NCBI GenBank assembly: GCA_019828565.1
Contig: JAHDYR010000014.1
Span: 62,001 to 126,000, forward strand
DNA length: 64,000 bases
Reading direction: 5' to 3'
Origin: Carpediemonas membranifera BICM
Taxonomy: Eukaryota > Protista > Fornicata
Position 1 is the first letter of the stretch; every line of letters starts with the position of its first letter. A program made the translations under genes and the position numbers. Below the pieces are notes generated by a model that did not search any database, was not told the DNA's origin, and was given only the letters and a program-made list of their open reading frames with translations. Shown piece after piece: positions 32,100 through 42,907 of this stretch.

Positions 32100-32925
32100 G
32101 ACCGCGTACCTCAAGGTGTCCCACCACCGCACGATCCCATATCACCCGGCCAGCAACGGCCTCGTGGAGCGCCGGAATAAGGAAATCAAGCTGCACCTCC
32201 GCGTCCTGTGCGCCTTATTCGACCAGTTTGACCGATGGTCGGTCGCCGTGCTCCCCTACGTGCAGCTCCTACTGAACACGACGCCACACACCACGACCGG
32301 CTTTGCACCGATGGCCATGTTGAACGGCCTACAGGCGACCCCGCGCCGATTCGCCCTCGAGGGGGAAGAGCAAGCCGAACAGCCAGACGACCCGATCACC
32401 GACGCGGCCGCCTACGTCCAAGCCCTGGACGAACACCTACAGTCAGTCGCCGAGCGAGCCGCTGACTCACAGGCGGACCATCTGCGCCGCCGCAAGATCA
32501 CTCCAGACGACCCAGTCGCACCTGGCGATATCGTCCTGGCCCTGAACCCACGGCCGTCCAAGCTGCACGGCCACCTTGGCCCGTTCAAGGTCCTCGCAGT
32601 GCGCGACCACCACGCTATCAGCATCTCGCCACTGCTTGGCGGCGAGGAGAAGGTCATCCACGCCGATCAGGCAATCCGAGTCGAGGCCACCGAGCCCAAC
32701 GGCCAACTGGCCGCTCTCCAGGCCGGTGACGCCGAGGAGTACTACGTCGAAGCCATCCTGGGCGTCGATGAAGCCGATCCCAGCCACCTTATCGTCAAGT
32801 GGCTCGGCTACGACGAGTCTTCCAGCGAGGGTCCGGACAACGAGTCCGTCATGGCAGCCGTACCCACCCGTGAGTGGCTGCAGCGGACTCGGGAGGGCAG
32901 GATGTACCAGCAGAGGTACCTATAA
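32100..32925 (+). mobile_element. Element A integrase remnant, part 2, with chromodomain
   Basis: TAYLKVSHHRTIPYHPASNGLVERRN...LGPFKV...EEYYVEAIL...IVKWLGYD; possible PPT GGGAGGGCAGGA (32891-32902) followed by TGT at 32903. Confidence 0.9.
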
Positions 32926-33385
32926 GTGCAGTTTATGTAAACACATCCATTCTCTTCACGCTTAGGGCTCCCACACTGTTAACTGCAGTTGCGATCAATA
33001 AACCTTTCGTGGAGACGGCAAAAAGAGATATTTCGAGGTCACTGAGTATGGTTGTGCTGTCATCTACCGAGGTCCATCTCTTCACAGTGTCCCAATCAAT
33101 TGATTAAACCTCTTTCGCTAGCTGTTCTATCCATACCACACACAGTAGAATTCTTCACAGTCCCTGTAACCTTACCTTACCTTACTCGTCAGTCAGTCAG
33201 TAATTTCTGTGTGTGCGTACCTCTGCAAAATGTCTGCTCTCGCCAATCCTCAACTGTAACTGGACGAATGACTCCGGGTCGGGTGCTTTGTCAGACGGGG
33301 ATTCCGTCGATTGATGGTGTGACAATCGCTGTCATTCCCCCCCCCCGCCACGCAGTCCATAAATTGCGGAATTTTATCACGAGCG

Positions 33386-34417
33386 TCATACACCGAGGCG
33401 ACTCTTCATGGCCTTCAGATAAGACTCCACATCGTTCAGTATCTCATCACTGTACTCGTGCAGATCAATGTTCAACTCATCGGCCTCATCCACAGGAATT
33501 CTCAGGACTTCCAACAGTCGGGTCGAGTCATCCTCAGTCATGACTTCCCCGAGTTCGTTCAGCTGCTCGTTGAGTGATTCAATTCTCTCATTGCGGAGCT
33601 GGGCAGAGGTCTTGGCTGGCACCTCAGGCTCGACGGGGATTGCGATGGGCGCCGCCTCTGGTATCACCGGGCCGGAGGGAAGCTCGGGTACCTCGGCGTC
33701 CGACTGTACAACGTCGGACTTAGCCGTCTCTGCCTCTGCCTCTGGCTCTGCCTCGACCTCGGCCTCGGCAGTGGCTTCGTCCATCGACTCATCACCGTCG
33801 TCCTCCAGCCCGACCTCTGCGGGCCTCTTCTTCCCCAGCAACGGCTTGACATTGACTGCCCACAATAGATCAAAGACTTGACCCAGGGAGATCGCCCTGA
33901 TGTGCACAGCGTGGGCAGGAGAGCTGTTGAAGGTCTTGGCATTGTTCACGACCTTGTAGACGTGATCAATGACGTCTTGCAGCGAGTTCATCGAGTTGGC
34001 GGGGTCGTCGCGGTTGTCAATGCGTTTCCGAATGGTGCCAAGGTCCATTTTCTCGGGAATAATCTTGTCATATTCGGGTATGTTCAGTTTGACGGTGTCT
34101 ACCGGGTATCTGAACCAGTCGAAGAGCTTGTTCTTGCACAGTTTGTCAATGACACCGCGGGCTGCGACCCAGAGAGTTTCATCGTCATCAGTGGTGCGCG
34201 CACGCTTTTCATCGCTCGAAGCAAGAAAGTCCTCATCAAGACGCGACTCGGGGATCGTGTCCTGGTCGAAAAACTCGGAATCATCTGGGACGGGGACTTC
34301 CTTCATCGCTGCACGTCCACCAATACCGGGGGCCGATAGTGCGCAGTATACATCTGATAGATAGTGATCCCACCAGCTGAGAAAGTGCAATCTCGCTTCA
34401 ATTCCACTCTCTTCCAT
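33386..34417 (-). CDS. Bromodomain plus extra-terminal (ET-like) domain protein
   Basis: WFRYPVD...IPEYDKIIPEKMDLGTIRKRI...VVNNAKTFN bromodomain; C-terminal ELNIDLHEYSDEILNDVESYL is ET-like. Confidence 0.88.
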   Translation of the reverse strand: MEESGIEARLHFLSWWDHYLSDVYCALSAPGIGGRAAMKEVPVPDDSEFFDQDTIPESRLDEDFLASSDEKRARTTDDDETLWVAARGVIDKLCKNKLFDWFRYPVDTVKLNIPEYDKIIPEKMDLGTIRKRIDNRDDPANSMNSLQDVIDHVYKVVNNAKTFNSSPAHAVHIRAISLGQVFDLLWAVNVKPLLGKKRPAEVGLEDDGDESMDEATAEAEVEAEPEAEAETAKSDVVQSDAEVPELPSGPVIPEAAPIAIPVEPEVPAKTSAQLRNERIESLNEQLNELGEVMTEDDSTRLLEVLRIPVDEADELNIDLHEYSDEILNDVESYLKAMKSRLGV

Positions 34418-34585
34418 CGTCGGCGTGCAGTTTATGCATCTCACAGATGAGCGGCAGGAGACCAAAAAGAAAGAGTTAAGCCGGCATAATGTGACGCTAA
34501 GACTGCTGTCACGTCGTGATTTTAGCGAAGACTCAGGTATGAGTCAGAAGAGGTCAGTTTGCAAACAAGCGACAAACGAAGAACC

Positions 34586-35200
34586 ATGCCCGATTATAGT
34601 CGCAAGGATTACTGGTCCGGGAGATATGATACTGACGCAGCTCCTGGTGCTGAACCTTATGAGTGGTATCTCGGCTTTGATGAGCTGAGAGACATCCTTG
34701 AGCTTCTCCCTGAGGACAAGGCCCAGCAAATCGTATACGTCGGCTGTGGAATCAGCACGCTTGGCATCGAACTTGCCAAGGAAGGCTTTAGCAATGTCAC
34801 ATGCGTCGATTGGATCCAGAAAGCTGTCGACGCCGCCTCGAAGTTCCTGCCCGAAGAACTCGAGACGCCGCCCTCCTTCGCATGCGCCGACATCGCAGAC
34901 TCCACCTACGAGAACCTTGCAGCCGTGCTAGATAAGGGTCTACTCGATTCCTTCCTCACTGGCGAAGAAGCCAAGACTGCAACCACCGCCCTCATTGACC
35001 GGATTCACGGCTGGCTGGCAGTGGGCTCGCCCCTCATCCTCATCTCTCATTCTGACCGCACCAAGCTCTTCGGCAGCTCCACTCTGCCCTGGGACTGCTC
35101 CGTAAGGCAGGTCGAATCGGGCGAAGGAAGGCAGTTCTTCCTCCATGTATGCAGGAGAGTCGACCCGCCCCCGGAGGATGAGGCGGAGGAAAGGGAGTGA
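34586..35200 (+). CDS. Class I SAM methyltransferase (EEF1AKMT4/METTL13-like)
   Basis: DYSRKDYWSGRY, YEWY, YVGCGIS, VLDKGLLDS motifs. Confidence 0.85.
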   Translation: MPDYSRKDYWSGRYDTDAAPGAEPYEWYLGFDELRDILELLPEDKAQQIVYVGCGISTLGIELAKEGFSNVTCVDWIQKAVDAASKFLPEELETPPSFACADIADSTYENLAAVLDKGLLDSFLTGEEAKTATTALIDRIHGWLAVGSPLILISHSDRTKLFGSSTLPWDCSVRQVESGEGRQFFLHVCRRVDPPPEDEAEERE

Positions 35201-35396
35201 GTGCCAAACGCCCTCTTGTAAAGTAGCGTCGCTTGGTGCGTTGAAGAGAGAGGTGCTGGGTAAGCCGAGTACTTGGGTATTCATGTGGCTGGGCCCTCCC
35301 TGTATCGATAATGATGACTCAAGGGCGTCTGACCAAGCACGCATCTTAACACTGGCGGGTTTTGCAGAAACCAGAAATTCCCATCTATCTCCGTGA

Positions 35397-36278
35397 ATGT
35401 CGAATCAACCCGTGATAGACGATCTCAAACAGCGTCTTGAGGCCGCCACTGATGCGAAAAGGTCAACTTTTAGTGACCTCGAGGCCGAGCGCCGTGACCA
35501 GAAGCGTCAGCTCGCCGATGTCACCTCTGAAGTGGTTTCCTTGACTAAGGAGAAGGAATTCCTTGCCAAGCGCAAAGCTGAGCTTGAGGAGGACAATGTA
35601 GCATTCTCAAAGCGCAATGCTGATCTCGAGGCCACTCTTACCGCAACGGAACAGAAGATGATGGCCCAGGTACAGGCTCTTGAGCGCGCTGGTGCTGCTG
35701 TCGAGAGAGAGAAGGTCGCTGTTGACCAGAAGATCAAGATTGTTGACGCCAAGATTCGCGAAGTTGAACAGCAGAAGGCCGACATCGCCGATGCGCTCAG
35801 GCTTGCAATCGAGGAGCGCGGACACTTCAAGGCGCAGGGTGATATGGAGGCGAAGAAGAACGCCGCCGTCGAGCAGCAGATCGGCATCTTCACTGGCCGT
35901 GTTGCTGACCTGAAGACGAAACTCGACGAGGAGAAGACCGCTCGCGCCAAGACCATTGCTGACGGTGCCGCCAAGCAGAAGCAGCTCGAAGAGGAGGTTC
36001 TTGCGCTCAAGGCTACCCTTGGCGAGGTCCAGCATAAGGCTGACGTCGCCGCTCAGCGCTTCAAGGTCCTCACGGCATCGAACTCCCAGCTCAAGAACCA
36101 GAAGTCCGAGTTGGAGACAGTTACCCACTCCCTGAGGAACAAGGTGAAGAACCTCGACCGGGAAGTCCGTGATCTGTCAAAGTACTACGATCGGCAAGCT
36201 ACCCGGAGTCCGGCGCTGAAGGCGAGCCTCGAGAATGCAGCTGTCAACACTCCCTCGATCAGAGAGCCCAAGGAATAA
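35397..36278 (+). CDS. Coiled-coil protein
   Basis: 293-aa heptad-rich ORF with host-like codon bias. Confidence 0.8.
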   Translation: MSNQPVIDDLKQRLEAATDAKRSTFSDLEAERRDQKRQLADVTSEVVSLTKEKEFLAKRKAELEEDNVAFSKRNADLEATLTATEQKMMAQVQALERAGAAVEREKVAVDQKIKIVDAKIREVEQQKADIADALRLAIEERGHFKAQGDMEAKKNAAVEQQIGIFTGRVADLKTKLDEEKTARAKTIADGAAKQKQLEEEVLALKATLGEVQHKADVAAQRFKVLTASNSQLKNQKSELETVTHSLRNKVKNLDREVRDLSKYYDRQATRSPALKASLENAAVNTPSIREPKE

Positions 36279-36534
36279 GTAATAAACTGTGTATATTGAG
36301 CCTATTGAGCCGCTTGGGATCGATACGATGGCATATGCCGCGTAGCAGAAGAGTGATGAAGAAGAAGAGATTTTATAAGCTGTAGAGTGAATACAATCTG
36401 TAAGATAGACAGTGCGGGGGATATTAGCGTCATTCTGGACCTGGGTCGTCTGTAAAGAAGGTATTAATCAGTTTTCGATTTGATTGGTTTGCAACAACGT
36501 CGTCTTCTCGAAAATTATCGATTCCAGTGTCGAA

Positions 36535-37293
36535 ATGGCCGAAAGTGTTTACAACTATGCAACAACCGATGATGTAGCAGCCCCTGCCAAGAAGGGGAAG
36601 CTCTACAAGTCCATCTACCCCAAAACTCTCCCCGATGAGCAGAAAGGCACATTCGTCACAAAGAAGGGCAGCAAAATGGGCTCGTTCGGCCCTGCTTCTG
36701 TCAAGAAGGCCGCTGCAGACGAATTCCTGAAGAGTGGCAGCGGTATGCTCGCCAATAAGACTGGCCACATCGCCCTCCCCGAGCCTTCTCAGTTCCGCTA
36801 CAATGATCCCGTCCCCCGTCGCGACCCCGTCCCCAAGAAGGATGAGCGTCCGATCCACGGTCTTAAGACGAGCAAGAACTTCATCAACGCCAATGCTGTG
36901 GAAGTCATCTGCTCTTCGGCCAAGCAGCCAATGACCCAGACGGAGAAGTTCGAGAACTGGACCCAGAAGCCCGACTTTGGCAAGGTGCCCAACTATCTCA
37001 ACCGTGTGAAGACCGAGGTCGAGGAGGAGTATAAGATGGTCGAGACTATGCGCCAGGAGGCCAACCCTGCCTCTAGATCCAATGTCGTCGAGATGCCGGA
37101 AGAAGAGCGCCAGCAGCTCCTCGCCGCCCTTCGTGAGCGGTGGCAGAAGGTTGATGGGGAGTTCCAACTCACTTCCTTTGTTCTGGACACGGATTCGTCC
37201 AAGCGGAAGTACGAGGGTCTCGCCAAGGAGCTCCAGCAGCTCGAGAAGGACATAGAGATGCTCGAGAAGGGCAAGGTGGTCGTCCGTGTGTAA
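36535..37293 (+). CDS. ENKUR: Enkurin
   Basis: ESVYNY, KNFINANAVEVI, KPDFGKVPNYL, EEERQQLLAALRERW, LEKDIEMLE motifs. Confidence 0.9.
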   Translation: MAESVYNYATTDDVAAPAKKGKLYKSIYPKTLPDEQKGTFVTKKGSKMGSFGPASVKKAAADEFLKSGSGMLANKTGHIALPEPSQFRYNDPVPRRDPVPKKDERPIHGLKTSKNFINANAVEVICSSAKQPMTQTEKFENWTQKPDFGKVPNYLNRVKTEVEEEYKMVETMRQEANPASRSNVVEMPEEERQQLLAALRERWQKVDGEFQLTSFVLDTDSSKRKYEGLAKELQQLEKDIEMLEKGKVVVRV

Positions 37294-37481
37294 ATGGTTT
37301 TCTTGAACGTCACGTCTGCTCATGGGGTAAGCTGTGGTGATTTGAAGCGACGGAGAGTCGTCGGGGCGTGCACAGAGAGATGTAGCCTGGACTTGAGGCA
37401 TTCTAGGTGGTCTGGAGTAGACGCTGACGTATTTATGTTGGGTCACGTAATTTTCGGCCAAGAGCAAAAACCACGGCCGTG

Positions 37482-40400
37482 ATGACGGATATCCCGCGAC
37501 TTCTTTCTCGGAGGGATAGAGCCAATCTTCATGGCATTGACTGTCCGTCTGTTGTGCATTGGGAGGGATGGAAGCCCAATGTCGAGTATTCTCGATCCTT
37601 GGTTCTGAAAAATACCTCCACCACCGCACAGGACGTGCTATTCACACTCCCAAGCTCGGAGCACTTTGCAATGAACTTCCCGGACCAGACGCGTATTCCA
37701 CCTGGCATGGCGCAGACATTTGTTGTCGTTTTTCGGCCAGACGACAGTGCTCCTGAATTCGAGACCAAGATCGTCTTCGAGCTCCCCTTGAAGGGCGAGC
37801 GCTTCGCCATTGAGCTGCATGGCCTGCCTCCCAAGCGCGACTTCACCCTTCCCGAGAGTTTCGACTTTGAGACTTGCCCCGTTCAGGAGACCGTGTCTAA
37901 CACCCAGCAGATCGCCAACATAGGGCAAGTACCCATCACATTCAAGTGGGAGTTCTCCGCCCCCTTCCATGTCATGCCCGCTTCGGGCACGATCAAACCT
38001 GGTGATAGTGTCCGCGTCGTCTTTTCCTTCTCGCCGACGGATGCCTCGACGTACATCTCAGAAGCCCGCTGCTGCATTGACAGCGAGGAATACTACCCAG
38101 TGACCATGCGAGCGTCCTCTCGTTTCCCCTTTGTAACCACGGGTGACGTCCGCGAGCTGGATTACGGCCCCGTCCTCGTTGGACAGTTTGCCACTAGAAC
38201 ACTCACTATATTCAACAGAGCGCCTGTCTCCTGCACCGTGAACGTCCAGTCCTCCTTTTCGGATGAGGACTCTGCTGCTGTCGCCGCATGCCCGTTCTCG
38301 ATCAACAAACGATCGTTCCGCATCGCTGCAAACGGTTCGACCGAAATTAAGGTCAAATTTAAGCCGAACTCCCCTGGAATGTATAGCGAGGGCGTCTTTA
38401 CCTTCGTAACGCCCAGTGGGGCCCGCTGCGAGGTTCGCGTCTCAGGATCTGGCCTCGGTGCCCTTCTCACTGCCTCCACGAACGTCGTCCAGTTCGGTCA
38501 GGTCGTCTTAGGCGAGACCCGTTCGATCAAGGTGCAGATTAAGAACCACACATCAATTGATCAGCCCTTCAAACTGACGTTGACCTCTGCCCAAGACCCT
38601 GTTATCCGTGTAACCCCGAGCCAGGGCTGGATCAAGGCTTCAATCATCACCAACGTCACCGTCACCTTTTCACCCACTGAACCACGGCACTACCTCCGCC
38701 GCCTGCTCGTGCTGGGGCAGTTCCAGGATCAGATCGACTATATCGACGTCATGGGGACCTCATTCATACCTGATCCGAACGACATCAAGTACGGCCATCT
38801 AGTGAAAGACGTGCGACTCAAGCCTTCCAGACCCGCGCCATTTACACATGGCCATGTACAAAACTGGGCGGCCGTCAGGAGAGAGGCTGCGTTCAACGAC
38901 CTCTGCCCGCCGGTTGACACCCAGGACGCCGTTCAGACAGCCAACGCCACCGCTTCGATGGCTGGAACCACTGCTATCGAACGGCGTGAGTGTTCATTCG
39001 CTCCTGAGCTGCGGCAGGCGACTGACTATGCCGAGATCGCCCCGCACACCGAAGTCAGGGTTGAGGTGGCTAAGCATGAGCTACTGGCTACTCTTGTCAG
39101 CGGTGGGAAGCCCGGCCATGAAGTTGGTGGTCCGATCATATCTTTTTCCAAAGATTCGATTGATTTTGGATCATCTACAGATCCGGTCGATATTGAGGTT
39201 GAAAACACTGTATCCGTCCGCGTTGCGGTTCAATGGACTGCTCCCCGCGGCCCCTTTACCATCACTCCGCAGAAGGCAGTGATTGGCCCGAACGGTATGG
39301 CCTCGTTCAAGGTCTCGTTCCGTCCTCAGCATCAAAACGACTTCACCGGAGTCATGCTGACTTGCAGCGCCCAGCCGGCTATGATGTCGAACTACCTCAA
39401 CTCCCGCGGTCTTCAGGTGATCCCGCCCGTCACCGTGAGCCTGCCGGTCGCTGGCCACTCATTCAATGACCCGACGACTCAGAATTTTATTCCCAAGATT
39501 CGCATGCCTCTTGAGATCATCACTCTGCCCTCTGTCTGTCTCGGGGCCTTCAGTGGGACGACATTCCCCATTTACAACACGGGTGATGTCAACATGTCCT
39601 ACAGCATAACACTCGCGAACCAGCTGAGAGACAAGGGCCGAGGCTTGGCTGGGCCAAGCCCCTTCGTGTTCTCACCGCCATTTGGTGTGATCCCACCCAA
39701 CTCCTTCACCATCGTCGGCCTTGCTTTCCTCACGACCACCCCAGGATGCTACGCCGATGAGTTCACTGTGACTCTGAACGCCATGGCCAGCAACTCTGCC
39801 ACCATCACCTGCCTATGTGATGCCCAGCTGCCGGATGTCGACATCGTCACTGCGCCCTCAGGAAACGTCAGAGCCGCTGAACGAATGAGCACCGTCGCCA
39901 AGGTCGGAGCCAACGCCCTGGCGCCCGTGGTGGTATTCCCCCCCACTGCCCTTGGTGCGACGTCGACCCGTCATATCGAGATCAGATCTCGGATCCACGT
40001 CAATCAGATCTTGAGATTCACTATGCCAGAGTCCATGTCAAGAAGGGTCAGACTCCCGCCCAGTCTCGCAGTCAAGGCGACCCAACGGACACCGATGGAG
40101 ATCACTTGGGAGCCACACAGCCTTGGTCCCATTGAAGAGACCGTCCAACTTCACGCGGGGCCAGCCGAGGACTTCATGCCCATCCCGCCCCTCTTCCGAC
40201 CCCCAATGGTTGAGTCGACCCGCACGATCCCTCTGAAACTCGTCGGAGTCGGGACTGATAGGTCGATCTCACTGAACGTGCCCTCGACCGACCTGGGCAT
40301 TGTCCTCAACTGCACGACTCGGCGGGTCACTCTTACAATCAGCAACTGCTGTGATTGTCCCATATCGTTCACTATTGCTCACCGTATCATCGAGCTCGAA

Positions 40401-42626
40401 GCCCAGGGAGATCCGATACCGAATATCCCAAGATCTCCACGTAGACCTGGCGTGACTCCGGCAGCAAGACCATTGTTGACTTTCTCTGTACCAAATGGCT
40501 CCATTCCTCCTAGATCCGAGAGGGAGGTCGAGATGGCCTTCAGACCGACGACAAGAGGCCGCTATACTCTCGAAGTCATTGCCAACGTCGCTTCAGGCGA
40601 CCTGCAGGTTAAGGACCCGAGTCTCATTTTCACTGCCATCTCCACCACGCCCTCTCTCACCGTCGACGACCTCCAGTCCAACGTCCTGCCCCGCCCTGAA
40701 GCATGGCACCGGCTTGGACTTGACTCACTCAACGAGTTCTTCAGACACGACGTCGGCCACGCCGAGGTAGCTTTCCGGGCGACTCGGGGTCTACTCACGG
40801 CCGATGACGGTAGTTCTGTCATTGACACACTCGCCACGTTCCCTGTCGTATTCCCACCGCAGCCGGTCGACCCCACCGGCCAGTCGACGTCCACTTTCGT
40901 ACTGACGCTGACCAACAACGGCCCCCTCCGCGCCAAGGCCACGATACGCACCCCCAATGAATTCGACGCGGACATTGAGCCCTGGGCCATACCGTTCAAC
41001 CAGTCGTCCGAACTTCAGCATATTTTGGAGGAGGAAATATTTAAGCTGACGCCCAAGGACATCGTTCTCGAACCATCCAGCTCCATCCAACTCGTGCTGA
41101 CATACGCACACAAGGAGACAGGCCCCCACACCTTGCCCCTCGTGCTGGACATTGACTCTGGCCGCATCTGCCAGCTCAAGCTCATTGGCAACACCGAGCC
41201 CGTGTCCCAGCCGATCGCCCAAGTTCCGTCCAAGTGGATGATGGCGCCTGTGGTGCTGGGCGATGACTGCCCGCCAGTGCAGTATCTCCCCATCGTCAAC
41301 CTCAGCGACGTCGCCATGACTTACAGGGTCGACACCCGCGCCGCTGAAGAGAGATGCACCGAGCTTGGCTTCCCAGTCTTTTCATTCCCCGGCCACGGTC
41401 TTGAAGGCCTCCTCCAGGCCAGGGCGACTGCCCATGTCGCCGTGGTAGGCCGCCCCCTGCAGACCGGGGTCGAGTCGGCCAACCTCCCGATTCAGTTCAC
41501 ACCGCTCAATGAAGAGACAGAGGCCAGCGAACGGGACGTCTCCGAACACCAGCAGCGCACGTCGTCGGCTTTCGAGGCTTCTTACTCTGTCCTCCCGTCA
41601 CTGACAATCGCTCGCCACCAGCAGGAGAAGGCCAAGAAGAAAGAGCGCTCCTTCACTACGCCGTGCTCTCTATTCCTCCCTGGCGTGCTCAGCGGCTCGG
41701 TTCCCGTCAGCTCTAAGTTCCCAACTCCGCGCAGTTTAACGCTCGAGCCACCTGCCGGCTCCCTCGCGATGGCGTCAATCGCGCATGTCTCATTCGGGTC
41801 GATTTCCACCATGTCTCTGGCGACCGAGCTCTTCACGCTGCAGTCGCACTCAGACTATGCCGTCGACTATGCCTTCTCGGTCGACCCAACCTTTGAATCA
41901 ATCATTTCTATCACTCCGCACTACGGGCAGTTGGAGCCCCGCGGGTCAGTCAACGTGAGGCTGGCTGCGTCAGCACCGGTCAGCCCGCTTGTGCTGGACA
42001 CTGCGGTGACATGCTCAATGACGAGTTCAAGGCCCAAACTCGAACCGCTGAAGACCACACGCCGGAGGTCCTCCAAGGCCACCATTGCTAGGGCCGGCAG
42101 CGCTGTGACAGTGCGGCCAGACGGAGAGACTGACCTCCTCACGCAGACCCTATTCATTGCTGTCCACTTCCATTCCCACCTCCACGCCCGTGTCGGTGAT
42201 TACGGAGACGGACTTCCCTGCATGACTGTCAGGCCCGCCATTGAGGAGATGCCGGCGGATATGGAGGGCGTTGAGCGCGTGCTTCATTCAGTCGCTCTTG
42301 ACTTGATGGCGAGTCAGGAATTCGAGGACGCCATCGACAGGGTGATCGAGGATGCACCGCCCGCTCGCATACGGAACGTCGTCCACGGCATGCCCATCAC
42401 CGGCCACAGAAATCGACTCGTCGAGCTCTTGGCCGATGTTAAGTCCGAGGCTGCCGCCCGCCCCCTCGACAGTGAGATGGCCCTCATCGCCAACAGGGCA
42501 GTTGACTCGACCCGCAACCCGCCAGTCATCGCACATGAGACTCGGGATGCGATGGTCTTTGGGGACATCGTGCAGGAAGCTTTGTCGGAGATGGTCACTA
42601 CTGCGGTGAGTCAGGTCACCTTTTGA
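37482..42626 (+). CDS. CFAP65: Cilia/flagella-associated protein 65 (ASH/Ig-like repeats)
   Basis: GIDCPSVVHWEGWKPNVEYSRSLVLKN N-terminus, LDYGPVLVG, YLRRLLVL and multiple ASH-like domains; 1714 aa. Confidence 0.8.
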   Translation: MTDIPRLLSRRDRANLHGIDCPSVVHWEGWKPNVEYSRSLVLKNTSTTAQDVLFTLPSSEHFAMNFPDQTRIPPGMAQTFVVVFRPDDSAPEFETKIVFELPLKGERFAIELHGLPPKRDFTLPESFDFETCPVQETVSNTQQIANIGQVPITFKWEFSAPFHVMPASGTIKPGDSVRVVFSFSPTDASTYISEARCCIDSEEYYPVTMRASSRFPFVTTGDVRELDYGPVLVGQFATRTLTIFNRAPVSCTVNVQSSFSDEDSAAVAACPFSINKRSFRIAANGSTEIKVKFKPNSPGMYSEGVFTFVTPSGARCEVRVSGSGLGALLTASTNVVQFGQVVLGETRSIKVQIKNHTSIDQPFKLTLTSAQDPVIRVTPSQGWIKASIITNVTVTFSPTEPRHYLRRLLVLGQFQDQIDYIDVMGTSFIPDPNDIKYGHLVKDVRLKPSRPAPFTHGHVQNWAAVRREAAFNDLCPPVDTQDAVQTANATASMAGTTAIERRECSFAPELRQATDYAEIAPHTEVRVEVAKHELLATLVSGGKPGHEVGGPIISFSKDSIDFGSSTDPVDIEVENTVSVRVAVQWTAPRGPFTITPQKAVIGPNGMASFKVSFRPQHQNDFTGVMLTCSAQPAMMSNYLNSRGLQVIPPVTVSLPVAGHSFNDPTTQNFIPKIRMPLEIITLPSVCLGAFSGTTFPIYNTGDVNMSYSITLANQLRDKGRGLAGPSPFVFSPPFGVIPPNSFTIVGLAFLTTTPGCYADEFTVTLNAMASNSATITCLCDAQLPDVDIVTAPSGNVRAAERMSTVAKVGANALAPVVVFPPTALGATSTRHIEIRSRIHVNQILRFTMPESMSRRVRLPPSLAVKATQRTPMEITWEPHSLGPIEETVQLHAGPAEDFMPIPPLFRPPMVESTRTIPLKLVGVGTDRSISLNVPSTDLGIVLNCTTRRVTLTISNCCDCPISFTIAHRIIELEAQGDPIPNIPRSPRRPGVTPAARPLLTFSVPNGSIPPRSEREVEMAFRPTTRGRYTLEVIANVASGDLQVKDPSLIFTAISTTPSLTVDDLQSNVLPRPEAWHRLGLDSLNEFFRHDVGHAEVAFRATRGLLTADDGSSVIDTLATFPVVFPPQPVDPTGQSTSTFVLTLTNNGPLRAKATIRTPNEFDADIEPWAIPFNQSSELQHILEEEIFKLTPKDIVLEPSSSIQLVLTYAHKETGPHTLPLVLDIDSGRICQLKLIGNTEPVSQPIAQVPSKWMMAPVVLGDDCPPVQYLPIVNLSDVAMTYRVDTRAAEERCTELGFPVFSFPGHGLEGLLQARATAHVAVVGRPLQTGVESANLPIQFTPLNEETEASERDVSEHQQRTSSAFEASYSVLPSLTIARHQQEKAKKKERSFTTPCSLFLPGVLSGSVPVSSKFPTPRSLTLEPPAGSLAMASIAHVSFGSISTMSLATELFTLQSHSDYAVDYAFSVDPTFESIISITPHYGQLEPRGSVNVRLAASAPVSPLVLDTAVTCSMTSSRPKLEPLKTTRRRSSKATIARAGSAVTVRPDGETDLLTQTLFIAVHFHSHLHARVGDYGDGLPCMTVRPAIEEMPADMEGVERVLHSVALDLMASQEFEDAIDRVIEDAPPARIRNVVHGMPITGHRNRLVELLADVKSEAAARPLDSEMALIANRAVDSTRNPPVIAHETRDAMVFGDIVQEALSEMVTTAVSQVTF

Positions 42627-42907
42627 ACTGGTTTGAGTGCGAGATATATACTGTAAACTGATGTTGTGCTTGCTTAATTTCTCACGTTTCGTGCAAGAAT
42701 AGTCGTGACGCTAATTTCTTTCTGCCGGCACATGCGCCGAATAAATGCCTATTTTTAGCCCAGTGACGCGAGTGCGCAAAAAACGGACCTAGGCGGGTTG
42801 CCCGACTGTTTTGCTTCTGTTGCGACAGGTGAAACTGTAGAAGTTGCGTCGAGTCGCGACTGACATGCTGAGTCGAGTCGCTTTGAAACGCCTGGAGAAA
42901 AGCAAAG

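Noticed and set aside
36430-37629. 399-aa minus-strand ORF
   Set aside because: Shadow of enkurin and the CFAP65 start.
4401-42626. Functional cluster of ciliary genes
   Set aside because: The genes are interspersed with unrelated ones, and flagellate genomes have many such genes; no evidence beyond chance.
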